A program made the position numbers and the translations under genes. Shown piece after piece: positions 1 through 9,271 of a stretch of DNA of 64,000 nt; position 1 is the stretch's first letter; each line of letters opens with the position of its first letter. The DNA comes from a virus. The DNA lies in IMG/VR virus record IMGVR_UViG_2974643820_000001. One strand, given 5' to 3'. The notes under the pieces were generated by a model that had not been told where the DNA came from, did not search any database, and saw nothing but the letters and a program-made list of their open reading frames with translations.

Positions 1-1441
1 AAACGATGTCACGTGGGTTCAGCTTACAGCGAACGACACGTTGGCCCACAGAACCGAAACACTCCTTCAGGTAGGCCAGGGAGCACACATGCAGACCGTA
101 CGAACACAGGTCGGTGTTGTTGTCGTTAACGAATGAGCGAGCCATACGCACGATGGTGCCGGGAGCGTTGCTGATCGTGTTGCTGTGCTTGTCCATGTAG
201 TTGCCGCGCACGGATTTATAGAGGATGATGTCACCATCTTCATGAATCTCGATGTCGGAGTACGCCATGAACTCATAAATGCGCCCAGACTGAACCAGAG
301 CAGCCGACGGGTTCTGGAACATTTTGTCCATGAACTTCGCCATACGTTCCAGATTGTCGAAATCACCTTTCAGCATCAGAGCCAGAACACGCTTGGCGAT
401 AGACGTGCCTGTGATGTCGTGGCCAGACCAGCGAACACGGTTGTCGGTCACTTCCACCAGACCAGCAGCATACTTCGCGATGGCATCACGAGGACGCATC
501 AGGGAGTAAGCCAGCTTCACGTCTTGGTCTTTGATCGCCTGAACGATGCGGTCATAGGCCGGATGAGAGGTGGTGATCGTTTCCGGCTTACCATCAATCG
601 CGATGACAACGCTTTCCGGTAGAATCAGAATCTGGTGTTCGTTCAGGAACACATCCAAGTCTTTCGCGCCGAAGTCCTGCTTGGTCTTCTTGTCACCAGC
701 CACTTCTTCAACATCTTTGATGACGACGGTGAATTCTACAGAAGACAGAGCCAGGCGCAGAGTGCGGCCGAGGATGGCATCGAAGTAACCAACACGGCGA
801 CGGGCATCCAAGGATCCACGGATAGGATAGGTTTCCCCGTCAACCACAACGCCGATTTCAACGTTGCTTGGAACTTTGTCCGCACCTTCTGACAACGCCA
901 CAGAAATTTCTGCCATCTTGCCGATAGCTTCAACATTAAAAGCACGGCTGTTGCCTTCCACTGCAGTCAGTTCAGACTTTTCAAAGAAAGCGCCTGTGAA
1001 ATTGCCGTCGTTGGTGAGACACAGATACTTGTTGTGGTTCGGTAGATATGCCCCAACATACCATTCTGAGTCCTCTTTGTCTTTGGCTGTCCCACCCGGC
1101 TGGACTTCGAATACTTTCTGCTCTTCCGGTTTGATAGGAGAGATCACAGTTACCTTGTTTTCCTCCTCGGTAATGCGGACCAGCAGAGCGCGAGCAATGG
1201 TCTTGGCACTGACGCTGAATGCTTCAGCCAGGGCGCGATTGCTCTCACCAGCCTTACTCTTCACCTGAATCTGCTGGATGTCTTCGGTAGACAGGGATTT
1301 CAGCGACAATGGATTGACGCCGAGTTCCGTGTCTGCAACACGTTGTACAGTCGAGCGGGGTATGCCCAACAGAGTAGCAATTGCGCTCTGGCTGGCGCCT
1401 GCCTTCAAATGCTTGAGGATCTTTTCATCAATCTTGTTCAT
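1..1441 (-). CDS. rIIB: rIIB protein (partial, runs off window start; absent from ORF track)
   Basis: ATG at 1441 reads MNKIDEKILKHLKAGASQSAIATLLGIPRSTVQRVA (HTH-like) and later DLCSYGLHVCSLAYLKECFG...VRCKLNPRDIV, the rIIB C-terminal motif; directly downstream of rIIA. Confidence 0.9.
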   Translation of the reverse strand, partial: MNKIDEKILKHLKAGASQSAIATLLGIPRSTVQRVADTELGVNPLSLKSLSTEDIQQIQVKSKAGESNRALAEAFSVSAKTIARALLVRITEEENKVTVISPIKPEEQKVFEVQPGGTAKDKEDSEWYVGAYLPNHNKYLCLTNDGNFTGAFFEKSELTAVEGNSRAFNVEAIGKMAEISVALSEGADKVPSNVEIGVVVDGETYPIRGSLDARRRVGYFDAILGRTLRLALSSVEFTVVIKDVEEVAGDKKTKQDFGAKDLDVFLNEHQILILPESVVIAIDGKPETITTSHPAYDRIVQAIKDQDVKLAYSLMRPRDAIAKYAAGLVEVTDNRVRWSGHDITGTSIAKRVLALMLKGDFDNLERMAKFMDKMFQNPSAALVQSGRIYEFMAYSDIEIHEDGDIILYKSVRGNYMDKHSNTISNAPGTIVRMARSFVNDNNTDLCSYGLHVCSLAYLKECFGSVGQRVVRCKLNPRDIV

Positions 1442-1471
1442 CTTGTAGTTCCCACGTTGGTTAACAGGACT

Positions 1472-1497
1472 ATTATGCCCTGACAATGGAATTTGAA
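1472..1497 (-). promoter_or_regulatory. TTCAAT-N14-TAnnnT class promoter variant (TTCAAA-N14-CATAAT) for rIIB
   Basis: Motif variant with exact 14-nt spacer, overlapping the rIIA stop codon. Confidence 0.5.
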
Positions 1498-4229
1498 ATA
1501 ACGTCCAAGTAATCCGAAGAATTTTCAATCGGGTTCAGGGCGCTTGGTTTGTAGTTCTCTTTCAAGAACCGAATAACACGGTGTCGCTCGATGGTCAATC
1601 GATTGTCCCGCCTTGCCTTTAATGTCGGCGTCCGCGCAATATCGAATCGTGTAAACCCATGTGTTTGCAGGGCATCCGAAGCGTATCCAAAGATCTGCAA
1701 CATCTGGTGTTCTGAACGGAATATCTTTTCGTCGCGCTCGTTACTGTACAAATTCACGTTAAGAGAACTTATCGTGTCTTGGAAATGACTAAAACGACGT
1801 TTATCATGGATCGACACTGGGACTTTTGCCATGCTTTGATAATGGCGCACAGTCTGCTCATCTAAGATGTCGTCCACAACTCTCATTAACTTGTTGTAAC
1901 GTTTGACCAATTTGCCATAACGATCGTCTTCAACAACACCGAACGCCTGTTCAACCAGATGGATCCCATATTTCAATCGGTCAGCCCCAAGTCGCATACG
2001 GCGGTATGATTCCAGTATGCGCCTGGCGCTATCGCGCTCCATCATAGGCTTCACGTTTTCCAACATGATCTTCAGAATTTCATCGATCGGGATGAAGACT
2101 TCTGGGAACTTCTTCATCATCGGAACCGATTTACGACGAGCCAAGAATATTCTGTCGTGAATGTTCAGCATATCTTTGATGTACACAGGCTTGCCATCTT
2201 CATCCGCGTGAACGGCATGTTTGTACAGAGCCTCGCGGATGCCTCGCGCCGCAGCTGTGGTCAACGTTCTATCCATCACCTGGTGGATACACTCGTGGCC
2301 AGACACCTCAATGTAGACGATGCGCTCGCCCTTATTGATGATGTCAGAGATTTGTTCACCAGTCAGTTCTTCGTATTGGCGAATATCAAAATCACTTCTT
2401 GTGAACGGAAACAAACCAGGATCTTTGGTGACCGGAGGCGTGACATATGTCAGTTCATTCATGAACTTGACTTCAGCAGGCTCCAGCACCGCACCCAACC
2501 AATCCATGAACTTGTCGGCGAAGAACAGATAATCGATCGTCGTTTCTTCTTCGCCAATCCAGGACTTGAAGAAGTCATGAAGTTCTTGGGCATTCCTGAA
2601 CGCAGGGTTGTCCTTAGACTGGTTGCGCTTGGTGACATAAGAAGTGTTCGGTTTGGCCACGATGACCATCGTCCCTGTATCTTTCAGTTGCTTGATCTTC
2701 AGGTTACGAGCACGGACACTGTCTTCTACAACCACAGTAACATGTTGACCGCGATCAATCCACTTCTGGATTTCTGAAATGGTCAAAGTACTGGACTCAC
2801 CCCAGTCATAGAAGATCTCCATGGAGAACGGCGATGACAATTCATTGAACGGAGCGGTGTGGTCGTAGTCGCGGTCGATCTCAACAGGCAGCGGGTAACG
2901 GTAATATGAATCATGGAAGCGCTTGTCTGCCGGATATTCCTTTTCAACCATCTTGCGGAACCCGCTGCCGAACATTTCGCTCAGTTTCGCCTTCTCCATA
3001 TAGAGAGCAAGAGGACCGCGCTTACACGCCATCTCCAGGTCACGCATTTTATCCGTCAGGATTGCATTGGCGGTCTCTTTAAACTCCTCAGAGAGCGTCT
3101 CACGCGTAAATTCGTCATATGAGAGGTCTTCACGTGATGGCGGTACGTTCAGGGAACCGAGTTCGAAGAACGTATAGGACGACGGAAACTTGCTCATGAT
3201 GGAGGAAGTGTCTGGGTCCAGCTGATCCAGGTCAATCGGGTACGACACGCCACCCATCACAGCGTAATGGGTGTGGTCGTTGCCCTTCGGCTGGATGTAC
3301 GTGTTGTTGACCTTGAAATCGTAGCTGATGTCTTCCCAGCCGAAACGGTATGAAGCGTTCTCAACAACTGGACGTTGTTCAGGGCGCATGACACGACCAA
3401 GACGGACCAGTTCATCGGAGAACGCAGAGAAGCGAGCGTTCTTCACTGGGATCTTCACCGTCATGCCGTTGAATTCATCGGTGTCTTCCGGCTTAGGATC
3501 ACGGGTTTCAAGATCTTTGGTGATCAGATCGACCGTTGGGATGCGCTTGGCGTTCAGGTACATCAGGAAGCGATGGAGTTTGCCGTCCATGCGGCTTTCC
3601 ACAGTGAACGAATCCGATACCGCAAATGGTGATTTTGAACCAAGGCCGAACGCCCCGATCTGATCATCGTCTTCTTCCTTCGTACTGTGGAAGAGTGTCG
3701 TGTACAGGCCGGGTGAACGGATGATCTCGCCATCTTCACGGCGGAACACCAGAGACCCATTGTAGAACCCTGGGACGCCGATGACTTCAGCCGAGTCAGG
3801 GATCTCGTCTTCCTTCACGACCATGTTGCCTTCCAACAGCACTTCGTCTTCTTGGGCTGGGATGGCTTCGCCAATGATCTTCTCAAGCGGCAGGCCGATA
3901 CCGTAATCACGGATTTCCAGCCATGGCTCAAAGTCGTCAGGTAGATGCACGACAACTCGTGTGCCCTTCGGTGCAAGGTATTTGCCGTGACGGGCAGGAG
4001 GGGGAGTGAGAGGCGCGTAGTGGGATGCTACCATACGGTGCATACGATCACGCATGCCATGGGAGTCGATGGCGTTACAGGTGGTTTCACGCAGGGCTGC
4101 TGCCTCTTTGTAACGATATAATGATGAGAACAGAGTCTCAAACATCTTGTCGTTCATTTTGACGTTAAACGCCTGCCCCTGAATGGAAGACGACGAGCGG
4201 ATAAAGTGCTCGGACTTGCGCATTTTCAT
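1473..4229 (-). CDS. rIIA: rIIA protein, 918 aa
   Basis: N-terminal GHKL/HATPase motifs (RETTCNAIDS, IRDYGIGL, GAFGLGSKSPFA); adjacent to rIIB. Confidence 0.93.
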   Translation of the reverse strand: MKMRKSEHFIRSSSSIQGQAFNVKMNDKMFETLFSSLYRYKEAAALRETTCNAIDSHGMRDRMHRMVASHYAPLTPPPARHGKYLAPKGTRVVVHLPDDFEPWLEIRDYGIGLPLEKIIGEAIPAQEDEVLLEGNMVVKEDEIPDSAEVIGVPGFYNGSLVFRREDGEIIRSPGLYTTLFHSTKEEDDDQIGAFGLGSKSPFAVSDSFTVESRMDGKLHRFLMYLNAKRIPTVDLITKDLETRDPKPEDTDEFNGMTVKIPVKNARFSAFSDELVRLGRVMRPEQRPVVENASYRFGWEDISYDFKVNNTYIQPKGNDHTHYAVMGGVSYPIDLDQLDPDTSSIMSKFPSSYTFFELGSLNVPPSREDLSYDEFTRETLSEEFKETANAILTDKMRDLEMACKRGPLALYMEKAKLSEMFGSGFRKMVEKEYPADKRFHDSYYRYPLPVEIDRDYDHTAPFNELSSPFSMEIFYDWGESSTLTISEIQKWIDRGQHVTVVVEDSVRARNLKIKQLKDTGTMVIVAKPNTSYVTKRNQSKDNPAFRNAQELHDFFKSWIGEEETTIDYLFFADKFMDWLGAVLEPAEVKFMNELTYVTPPVTKDPGLFPFTRSDFDIRQYEELTGEQISDIINKGERIVYIEVSGHECIHQVMDRTLTTAAARGIREALYKHAVHADEDGKPVYIKDMLNIHDRIFLARRKSVPMMKKFPEVFIPIDEILKIMLENVKPMMERDSARRILESYRRMRLGADRLKYGIHLVEQAFGVVEDDRYGKLVKRYNKLMRVVDDILDEQTVRHYQSMAKVPVSIHDKRRFSHFQDTISSLNVNLYSNERDEKIFRSEHQMLQIFGYASDALQTHGFTRFDIARTPTLKARRDNRLTIERHRVIRFLKENYKPSALNPIENSSDYLDVISNSIVRA

Positions 4230-4279
4230 AGTGTAGAAATCCTATCAATGTCAAAGGGAAACATATTGGTTGAGTGGGT

Positions 4280-4306
4280 ATGATACTGTGGTGGGCTTCA
4301 ATTGAA
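4280..4306 (-). promoter_or_regulatory. TTCAAT-N15-TATCAT promoter upstream of rIIA
   Basis: Motif in intergenic region, overlapping the U-tract of the upstream terminator. Confidence 0.5.
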
Positions 4307-4328
4307 AAAGCCCTCGGCTGAGGGCTTT
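4305..4328 (-). terminator. Rho-independent terminator
   Basis: AAGCCCTC/GAGGGCTT stem plus U-tract on minus strand. Confidence 0.75.
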
Positions 4329-4335
4329 GTTCAGA

Positions 4336-4683
4336 TCAATCTTCAGTGGCAAATCGTGCCTGGAAGTTGAATGTCGGTCGGGTAGCGCCAGGCTCAAGAG
4401 TTTCCTCAAGGTAGCCCACGACGGTGCGGGTGACTGACACAGGCTCTTTGCGAGGGTTGACCGGAGTCGCCAGTGCGATGATAGATGCCTTCTCTTCTTC
4501 AATGCGAGTGTAGTCCACATTGAAGTGATAACGGCTACCGAACGCGGCCACTTCAACTTCAGTGATCTGTAGATCTTTCAGGTCAGTGCTGCTCAGGGTT
4601 CCCACGTTTAACTGTGAGCGCAGATGCTCAACAATGTTGGAATACACATACTGTGGGGTGATCAGCTGTTCAATAGAACTCAT
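4336..4683 (-). CDS. hypothetical protein, 115 aa
   Basis: ORF with GAGGA RBS, followed by a terminator. Confidence 0.8.
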   Translation of the reverse strand: MSSIEQLITPQYVYSNIVEHLRSQLNVGTLSSTDLKDLQITEVEVAAFGSRYHFNVDYTRIEEEKASIIALATPVNPRKEPVSVTRTVVGYLEETLEPGATRPTFNFQARFATED

Positions 4684-4693
4684 AACATATCCT

Positions 4694-4867
4694 CTACTTT
4701 TCGGGTTCAGTTTTACTTAATCGAGCGACCTCTGCGCGAAGGAAGAGGATTTCATCGGCCATCATCTTACCTTCTTCAAACATCACCCAAGACCTGGACA
4801 ACTTAGGCTCACCAACGGAAATATCCTTCAGGCGCTCCTCACTTACGTTTGCGCTTGTTCTTTCCAT
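4694..4867 (-). CDS. hypothetical protein, 57 aa (MERTSANVSEERLKDISVGEPKLSRSWVMFEEGKMMADEILFLRAEVARLSKTEPEK)
   Basis: Read by hand, below ORF-track cutoff; fills the gap between two co-oriented genes. Confidence 0.6.
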   Translation of the reverse strand: MERTSANVSEERLKDISVGEPKLSRSWVMFEEGKMMADEILFLRAEVARLSKTEPEK

Positions 4868-5042
4868 GGGTCTTCGCCTTCTTCTTGCGGGTTACAGATG
4901 GACGACCATGGCCTGGCATGCCTGGACCTTCATGGTTGGTGTAGCGTTCTGTCCAAAACTCACCACGGTGCTCCGCAAGGGAGACACTTTCTGACATAGC
5001 CAAAGCAGCAGCGATTACAACCGAAGACATCTTGGGCTTCAT
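4839..5042 (-). CDS. hypothetical protein, 67 aa, basic C-terminus
   Basis: ATGA overlap with upstream gene. Confidence 0.7.
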   Translation of the reverse strand: MKPKMSSVVIAAALAMSESVSLAEHRGEFWTERYTNHEGPGMPGHGRPSVTRKKKAKTHGKNKRKRK

Positions 5043-5707
5043 TTCGTTTCCCCTTTAGCAGCGTATGCCAGCGCCTGAACGATCATCACCGCCAGATCGA
5101 TGGGTGAGTAGGTGCCGTTCAGCTCTTCGCGAACGATTTCCTCGATCTCATGATCAGACTGAACCACAGGGCAATTCTTTTCCTGACGGCGACGTTCTGT
5201 GTTGATCAGGTCACGCAAGAGCAGGTCGGTGAAGGAGTACTGGTCAAAGTTCTCCAGATAATTCTGAATACCTGTGGATGCCGGGGCTTCCTGCTTGCCC
5301 TCTGCGGATTCACCTTTCAGTGCCAGGCGGGTGCGATATACGATACCGGATGCCTTCTCACGGAAGTTGTTCACCTCTGTGAAGTTCACTGGTTTACCCC
5401 ACGCGTTGGTTACAGGGTTGGAGCAGGTCTGAGCGAATAGTTCAGACCATGCGTCATCCAGATGCACTACAGCAGCAGCCAGTTCATCCTGGTTTGGCAT
5501 TCTAGGGGAAGCCACCGCATTAGGATCCCTCAGGGCGGCGACAGTGGCATCAATATCCCACAGAGGGTTCAGCAACAGCAGAAGATTGACTGCGTTACCT
5601 GACTCTGAAGTCGGATTCTTGCCCAGCACCTTGTACAGGGTCTTCAGTGTATCGTCAAATGTCAGAACGGTGTGTGCCAGTTCTTCATAAGTTGGTTTGG
5701 TAGTCAT
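5039..5707 (-). CDS. hypothetical protein, 222 aa
   Basis: Long ORF translationally coupled to neighbours. Confidence 0.85.
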   Translation of the reverse strand: MTTKPTYEELAHTVLTFDDTLKTLYKVLGKNPTSESGNAVNLLLLLNPLWDIDATVAALRDPNAVASPRMPNQDELAAAVVHLDDAWSELFAQTCSNPVTNAWGKPVNFTEVNNFREKASGIVYRTRLALKGESAEGKQEAPASTGIQNYLENFDQYSFTDLLLRDLINTERRRQEKNCPVVQSDHEIEEIVREELNGTYSPIDLAVMIVQALAYAAKGETK

Positions 5708-6081
5708 CAGCGTTTGCTCCGGCGTTTGTTCTTCATTTTAGTGGCCTGACGTTTTTGAGCAGCGGCTCCACGCAGGCGTGTGGGTTCTTGATAGCGGCGG
5801 TCGGCATAGAACTCCCGCATATCACATTCAGCAGACATCTCCGTGTCTCGTTGTTTCAGCTTGGCGATCAATTCCTTGGTGCCAGGCATCTGCTGTAACT
5901 CGTCGCAGATGATCATGCGCTCGCCAGGTTCACTCCGGCGCTTCGGGATATCATCGGGTGTAATGTGAACAACTTCCACTCCTGGCAGCTTCTCTTCCAG
6001 CAGGATCTTGATCAACCGAGAGCCCAGTCCGGCTCCAACAATCGCAATCTTTCTTGGCTTGTCTGTCATGTTCTTGTCCAT
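5707..6081 (-). CDS. hypothetical protein, ~120 aa, with Rossmann-like KIAIVGAGLG N-terminus
   Basis: ORF downstream of promoter/terminator at 6084-6125; start could be 6069. Confidence 0.8.
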   Translation of the reverse strand: MDKNMTDKPRKIAIVGAGLGSRLIKILLEEKLPGVEVVHITPDDIPKRRSEPGERMIICDELQQMPGTKELIAKLKQRDTEMSAECDMREFYADRRYQEPTRLRGAAAQKRQATKMKNKRRSKR

Positions 6082-6083
6082 GA

Positions 6084-6125
6084 AAAAGGGGATAGAGCAA
6101 TAATACCCTATCCCCTTTTATTGAA
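6084..6125 (-). promoter_or_regulatory. TTCAAT-N14-TATTAT promoter embedded in a terminator hairpin
   Basis: TTCAAT 6120-6125, TATTAT 6100-6105; 12-bp stem AAAAGGGGATAG/CTATCCCCTTTT encloses the -10. Confidence 0.75.
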
Positions 6126-6131
6126 GAACGA

Positions 6132-6578
6132 TTAGACTTCAGAGTCGGTTTCTTTTGCGATCTGTGTCGTAAGGTCATTAGACCAACGACGCATGTCTAA
6201 AACGGGCTTTCCGTTAGGTGCCATGATGTAGATGGTATTGATCGTCTCAAACCAAGACAGTTCTTCAACCCCTTTAGTGTAAGGAGTTACAGGTACGGAA
6301 GTCTTCACATCCTTGCCCTTTACACCAGGATGGGTTTCCGCCAGCCTTAACAGGGCACAGCGACCAGCTTGGTCTATAACGCCCTCTTCGAACATCACGA
6401 TCTTCTTGCGAGGATGATTGGCTTCACCCAGGCACACCACCAGATGATGGATCATCTCCGGACGGTTGATCAACGTGTCGTCACGGATGATCCCCTGCTT
6501 AACAGCGGAGATCACCACTTCGTCCAACAGCGCCTGCTGCTGGTCCAGCGTCAGTGATTCAGTAAGTTTCAGTGCCAT
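6132..6578 (-). CDS. hypothetical protein, 148 aa (MALKLTESL...)
   Basis: Start overlaps the stop of the upstream 42-aa ORF. Confidence 0.8.
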   Translation of the reverse strand: MALKLTESLTLDQQQALLDEVVISAVKQGIIRDDTLINRPEMIHHLVVCLGEANHPRKKIVMFEEGVIDQAGRCALLRLAETHPGVKGKDVKTSVPVTPYTKGVEELSWFETINTIYIMAPNGKPVLDMRRWSNDLTTQIAKETDSEV

Positions 6579-6706
6579 TATTCGTACCCCAGGCATTTGT
6601 TTAAGAAGGTCAGAACGTCATCCATGGTCTTGACTTCAATTTCAATACCGAGTTCCTTTGCCAGCGTGTTAGCATGCTGGACAATTTCTTTATCACGTTC
6701 TGACAT
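6578..6706 (-). CDS. hypothetical protein, 42 aa (MSERDKEIVQHANTLAKELGIEIEVKTMDDVLTFLNKCLGYE)
   Basis: Read by hand; exactly fills the gap with TAATG coupling. Confidence 0.7.
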   Translation of the reverse strand: MSERDKEIVQHANTLAKELGIEIEVKTMDDVLTFLNKCLGYE

Positions 6707-6710
6707 GATA

Positions 6711-7280
6711 TCAGCCTTTGAAGTTGATCGGTTTCTGAACCCCAGCGTCAAACGCGGCCTGGGTACGGGTATCGCTCACCACCTGACAGGTCTTATCAAG
6801 ATCGATGCGCGGGTAGCCAAACATGCCAGCAATCAACGAACCAGGGAACTGAGCCAGCTTGGTCTCGTACATCGCGCAGATGTCCAGCTTCTTGGTCTGG
6901 CTGATGCGGAATTCATCACGCCCAGAACTGATCACCACCTGGATCTCTTTGTACAGGCTGGAATCAAACTGAATGTTCTGCTCCTGGATCCACTGCATGA
7001 CAGCCTTGGAACCATCAGCGCCATAACGCCCTTCGAACGTACCTTTGATCACTTCCTTCAGGCCGTCTTTGTACATGTCAGGAATCTGCGCCGTCTCCTG
7101 AACTTTGAGCGTGTAGTTGCTCAGGTAGTTCTCGGAGTCTTTGTTGAACTTCTTGACCTGCTGCTCAGTGCGGTTGAAGTCGTTGAAGTAGCTGATGACA
7201 GTGCCGATGCCGACAACAACAGCAGCCAGTAAAGCCAAACCAACGATCCAACCTGTTGCAATACCCTTAGATTGAGACAT
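6711..7280 (-). CDS. membrane-anchored LemA-like protein, 189 aa
   Basis: N-terminal TM helix, helical body, and C-terminal YETKLAQFPGSLIAGMFGY resembling the LemA YN..I..FP..L.A..FGF motif. Confidence 0.6.
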   Translation of the reverse strand: MSQSKGIATGWIVGLALLAAVVVGIGTVISYFNDFNRTEQQVKKFNKDSENYLSNYTLKVQETAQIPDMYKDGLKEVIKGTFEGRYGADGSKAVMQWIQEQNIQFDSSLYKEIQVVISSGRDEFRISQTKKLDICAMYETKLAQFPGSLIAGMFGYPRIDLDKTCQVVSDTRTQAAFDAGVQKPINFKG

Positions 7281-7299
7281 TCTTTACTTCCTCTTTTGA

Positions 7300-8415
7300 T
7301 TAAAAATTAAACGGATAACGACGACGGCCACCATTGTACTCCATTCGCTGCAATATGAAAATTGCGGTGAACGGCAGACAGCCCAGCAGAACAACAATCA
7401 CAACTTCCCAGGTCTTGAGTTCCCGCCACTTCAGGTACTCCATTTCCTTCATCTCAACCCGGTTGTAACCTTTGGTGATGTTGGCAACAACGTCTGCCAT
7501 GACGCCGATACCCATATCATGCCCGGTCAGGTCCATACCGTTGCGGGAGTGGAGTTCACGGTTGTGCATACCATCAGCGAACGAAGTGCTCTTACCCCAA
7601 TTGATCTTCAGGTCTTTGCTGATATCGGTCACGACGATAACGTCGTTCTTTTTACCGCCATCCCAAGCATAGACCAAGCCCTGGAAGTATTCAACTGGCT
7701 GACCGGAAGTCACAACCCAGACGATATTCACCTGCTTGGCTGCGCCCAGCTTCTTCAGGACATCGTTCAGATAGTCGTTCCAGTATGTGGTCGGCAACGC
7801 CAGACCAGACACGTTCAGGACACGAGTGACACGATAATAGTCATAGACTTCAGGATACTTCGGAATCTTGTCTTTGAAGCGCTCGGCAAACTGCTGGTCT
7901 GAGCGAGAGAACAGAGAGTCCTTGTTGCCCAGCACATAGTTCATGTAGGAATGCTCACGGGCTGCGGGTTCGCCGATCTGAACCTGCGCCCAGCGCGGCG
8001 GCTGACCAAGACCACGGCGGTCGATACGGTCGATTGTCAGGTTGCCAACAGTCGTCAGCACATCCCAATCCACGTCGTATGAATGCTCATAGCAGGTACT
8101 ACAATGGCGGGTACGGGTGCAGGACTTGCTGCTACCGGAGCCGGAGCATGATGTGGTGTAATAGCAGTTGCATTGATACGAGTGCTCACAGCTTACCTTA
8201 TTCCGCTCCTTTGCAGTGACGTACCCGTTCAGGATCTCAACATCCCCTGAACTGCCGAGGGAGAACGCCGCATAAGCCCCGGCCTGAATCAGACATGACA
8301 ACACCACTACAATCGCCGTTGCGCCCAAGGTCTCTTTCGGCTCATGGGTCTTGCGGTGGTAGACCACAAACAGGATGGCCAGTATCAATGGCACACCAAA
8401 CAGGAGGTAGATCAT
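7300..8415 (-). CDS. membrane protein, 371 aa, with Cys-rich segment and TPM-like domain
   Basis: Two N-terminal and one C-terminal TM; CSCEHSYQCNC-like Cys cluster; VNIVWVVT...AWDGGKKNDVIVV resembles a TPM domain. Confidence 0.55.
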   Translation of the reverse strand: MIYLLFGVPLILAILFVVYHRKTHEPKETLGATAIVVVLSCLIQAGAYAAFSLGSSGDVEILNGYVTAKERNKVSCEHSYQCNCYYTTSCSGSGSSKSCTRTRHCSTCYEHSYDVDWDVLTTVGNLTIDRIDRRGLGQPPRWAQVQIGEPAAREHSYMNYVLGNKDSLFSRSDQQFAERFKDKIPKYPEVYDYYRVTRVLNVSGLALPTTYWNDYLNDVLKKLGAAKQVNIVWVVTSGQPVEYFQGLVYAWDGGKKNDVIVVTDISKDLKINWGKSTSFADGMHNRELHSRNGMDLTGHDMGIGVMADVVANITKGYNRVEMKEMEYLKWRELKTWEVVIVVLLGCLPFTAIFILQRMEYNGGRRRYPFNF

Positions 8416-8798
8416 AACACACCGTCCACGAGTTGAGCCTTGGACATCCCAAGGAGTTGATTTCTGTGGGCAGTATGCGCTCCATTTCTTTTCAACAACA
8501 CCCAGCGTTCATCATGATATTTGGGATCCAGGGCTTCATCAAAAGAAACATGATGAGTAAACATAATCGCAGCTACTGAATGAAGAACATGTGCCGTAGC
8601 CCTTTTCAAAGCGCGATCACTAACGATCTGATCTTCATATTCAAGACCCATGAGATCCAGTTCTTTGAAAATATATGCAAAGGACAATTCACCCTGAGAA
8701 TACATACGAACAATGGCATCCTTTTTAGGATGAAGAGTACCATCTGTTTCTTTCATGAACAGATCATACAGATACTGCTTGTATTCAGACTTTGTCAT
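8412..8798 (-). CDS. hypothetical protein, 128 aa (MTKSEYKQYL...)
   Basis: ATGA coupling at both ends; track start at 8888 is probably too far upstream. Confidence 0.75.
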   Translation of the reverse strand: MTKSEYKQYLYDLFMKETDGTLHPKKDAIVRMYSQGELSFAYIFKELDLMGLEYEDQIVSDRALKRATAHVLHSVAAIMFTHHVSFDEALDPKYHDERWVLLKRNGAHTAHRNQLLGMSKAQLVDGVL

Positions 8799-9019
8799 CT
8801 TGTACGCCCTCCAACACAGATGATGTTCAGTTCGCCACGGGCAAATCCACTCTTGCCGGAGGTTTTGTTGCCGTTCAGCATTTTCCACAGTCCATCAGCG
8901 TCGCCCAATTTCGGCATCTGATACTCTACCACAGGGATCTTGCGATCTTCTTCGAGCATTACAGACACCATAGATTCGATATCCAGGGAGTCCATATCTT
9001 CAATTCGTTGCATTGCCAT
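8795..9019 (-). CDS. hypothetical protein, 74 aa
   Basis: AAGGA RBS, downstream of promoter 9056-9081. Confidence 0.75.
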   Translation of the reverse strand: MAMQRIEDMDSLDIESMVSVMLEEDRKIPVVEYQMPKLGDADGLWKMLNGNKTSGKSGFARGELNIICVGGRTR

Positions 9020-9035
9020 GATGTATTTCCTTGCA

Positions 9036-9081
9036 AAAGAAAGGGGAACGGGCTAATATTAACCCATTCCCCTTTATTGAA
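9036..9081 (-). promoter_or_regulatory. TTCAAT-N14-TAATAT promoter embedded in a terminator hairpin
   Basis: TTCAAT 9076-9081, TAATAT 9056-9061; AAAGGGGAA.GGG/CCC.TTCCCCTTT stem followed by U-tract. Confidence 0.7.
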
Positions 9082-9100
9082 GAACGCAATCGCAGTCAGA

Positions 9101-9268
9101 TTACTTTTTCTTCAGCTCGTCCAGTTTGGCTTCGATTTGTTCCAGGATGTCTTTACCCTTCTGAACAATCACTTCACCGTCTTGCGCGTGTTTGCGGAAG
9201 ACCAGAGCACCAGCGATGAAGCCGACAACCACACCAGGAAGTGTATACACCAACAGATCTTGTAACAT
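9101..9268 (-). CDS. small membrane protein, 55 aa (MLQDLLVYTLPGVVVGFIAGALVFRKHAQDGEVIVQKGKDILEQIEAKLDELKKK)
   Basis: Read by hand; GAGGA RBS; one TM helix plus charged coiled-coil tail. Confidence 0.8.
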   Translation of the reverse strand: MLQDLLVYTLPGVVVGFIAGALVFRKHAQDGEVIVQKGKDILEQIEAKLDELKKK

Positions 9269-9271
9269 GAT

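Noticed and set aside
5707-6081. NAD-binding dehydrogenase, from KIAIVGAGLG
   Set aside because: Protein is too short and lacks the rest of a Rossmann domain; left hypothetical
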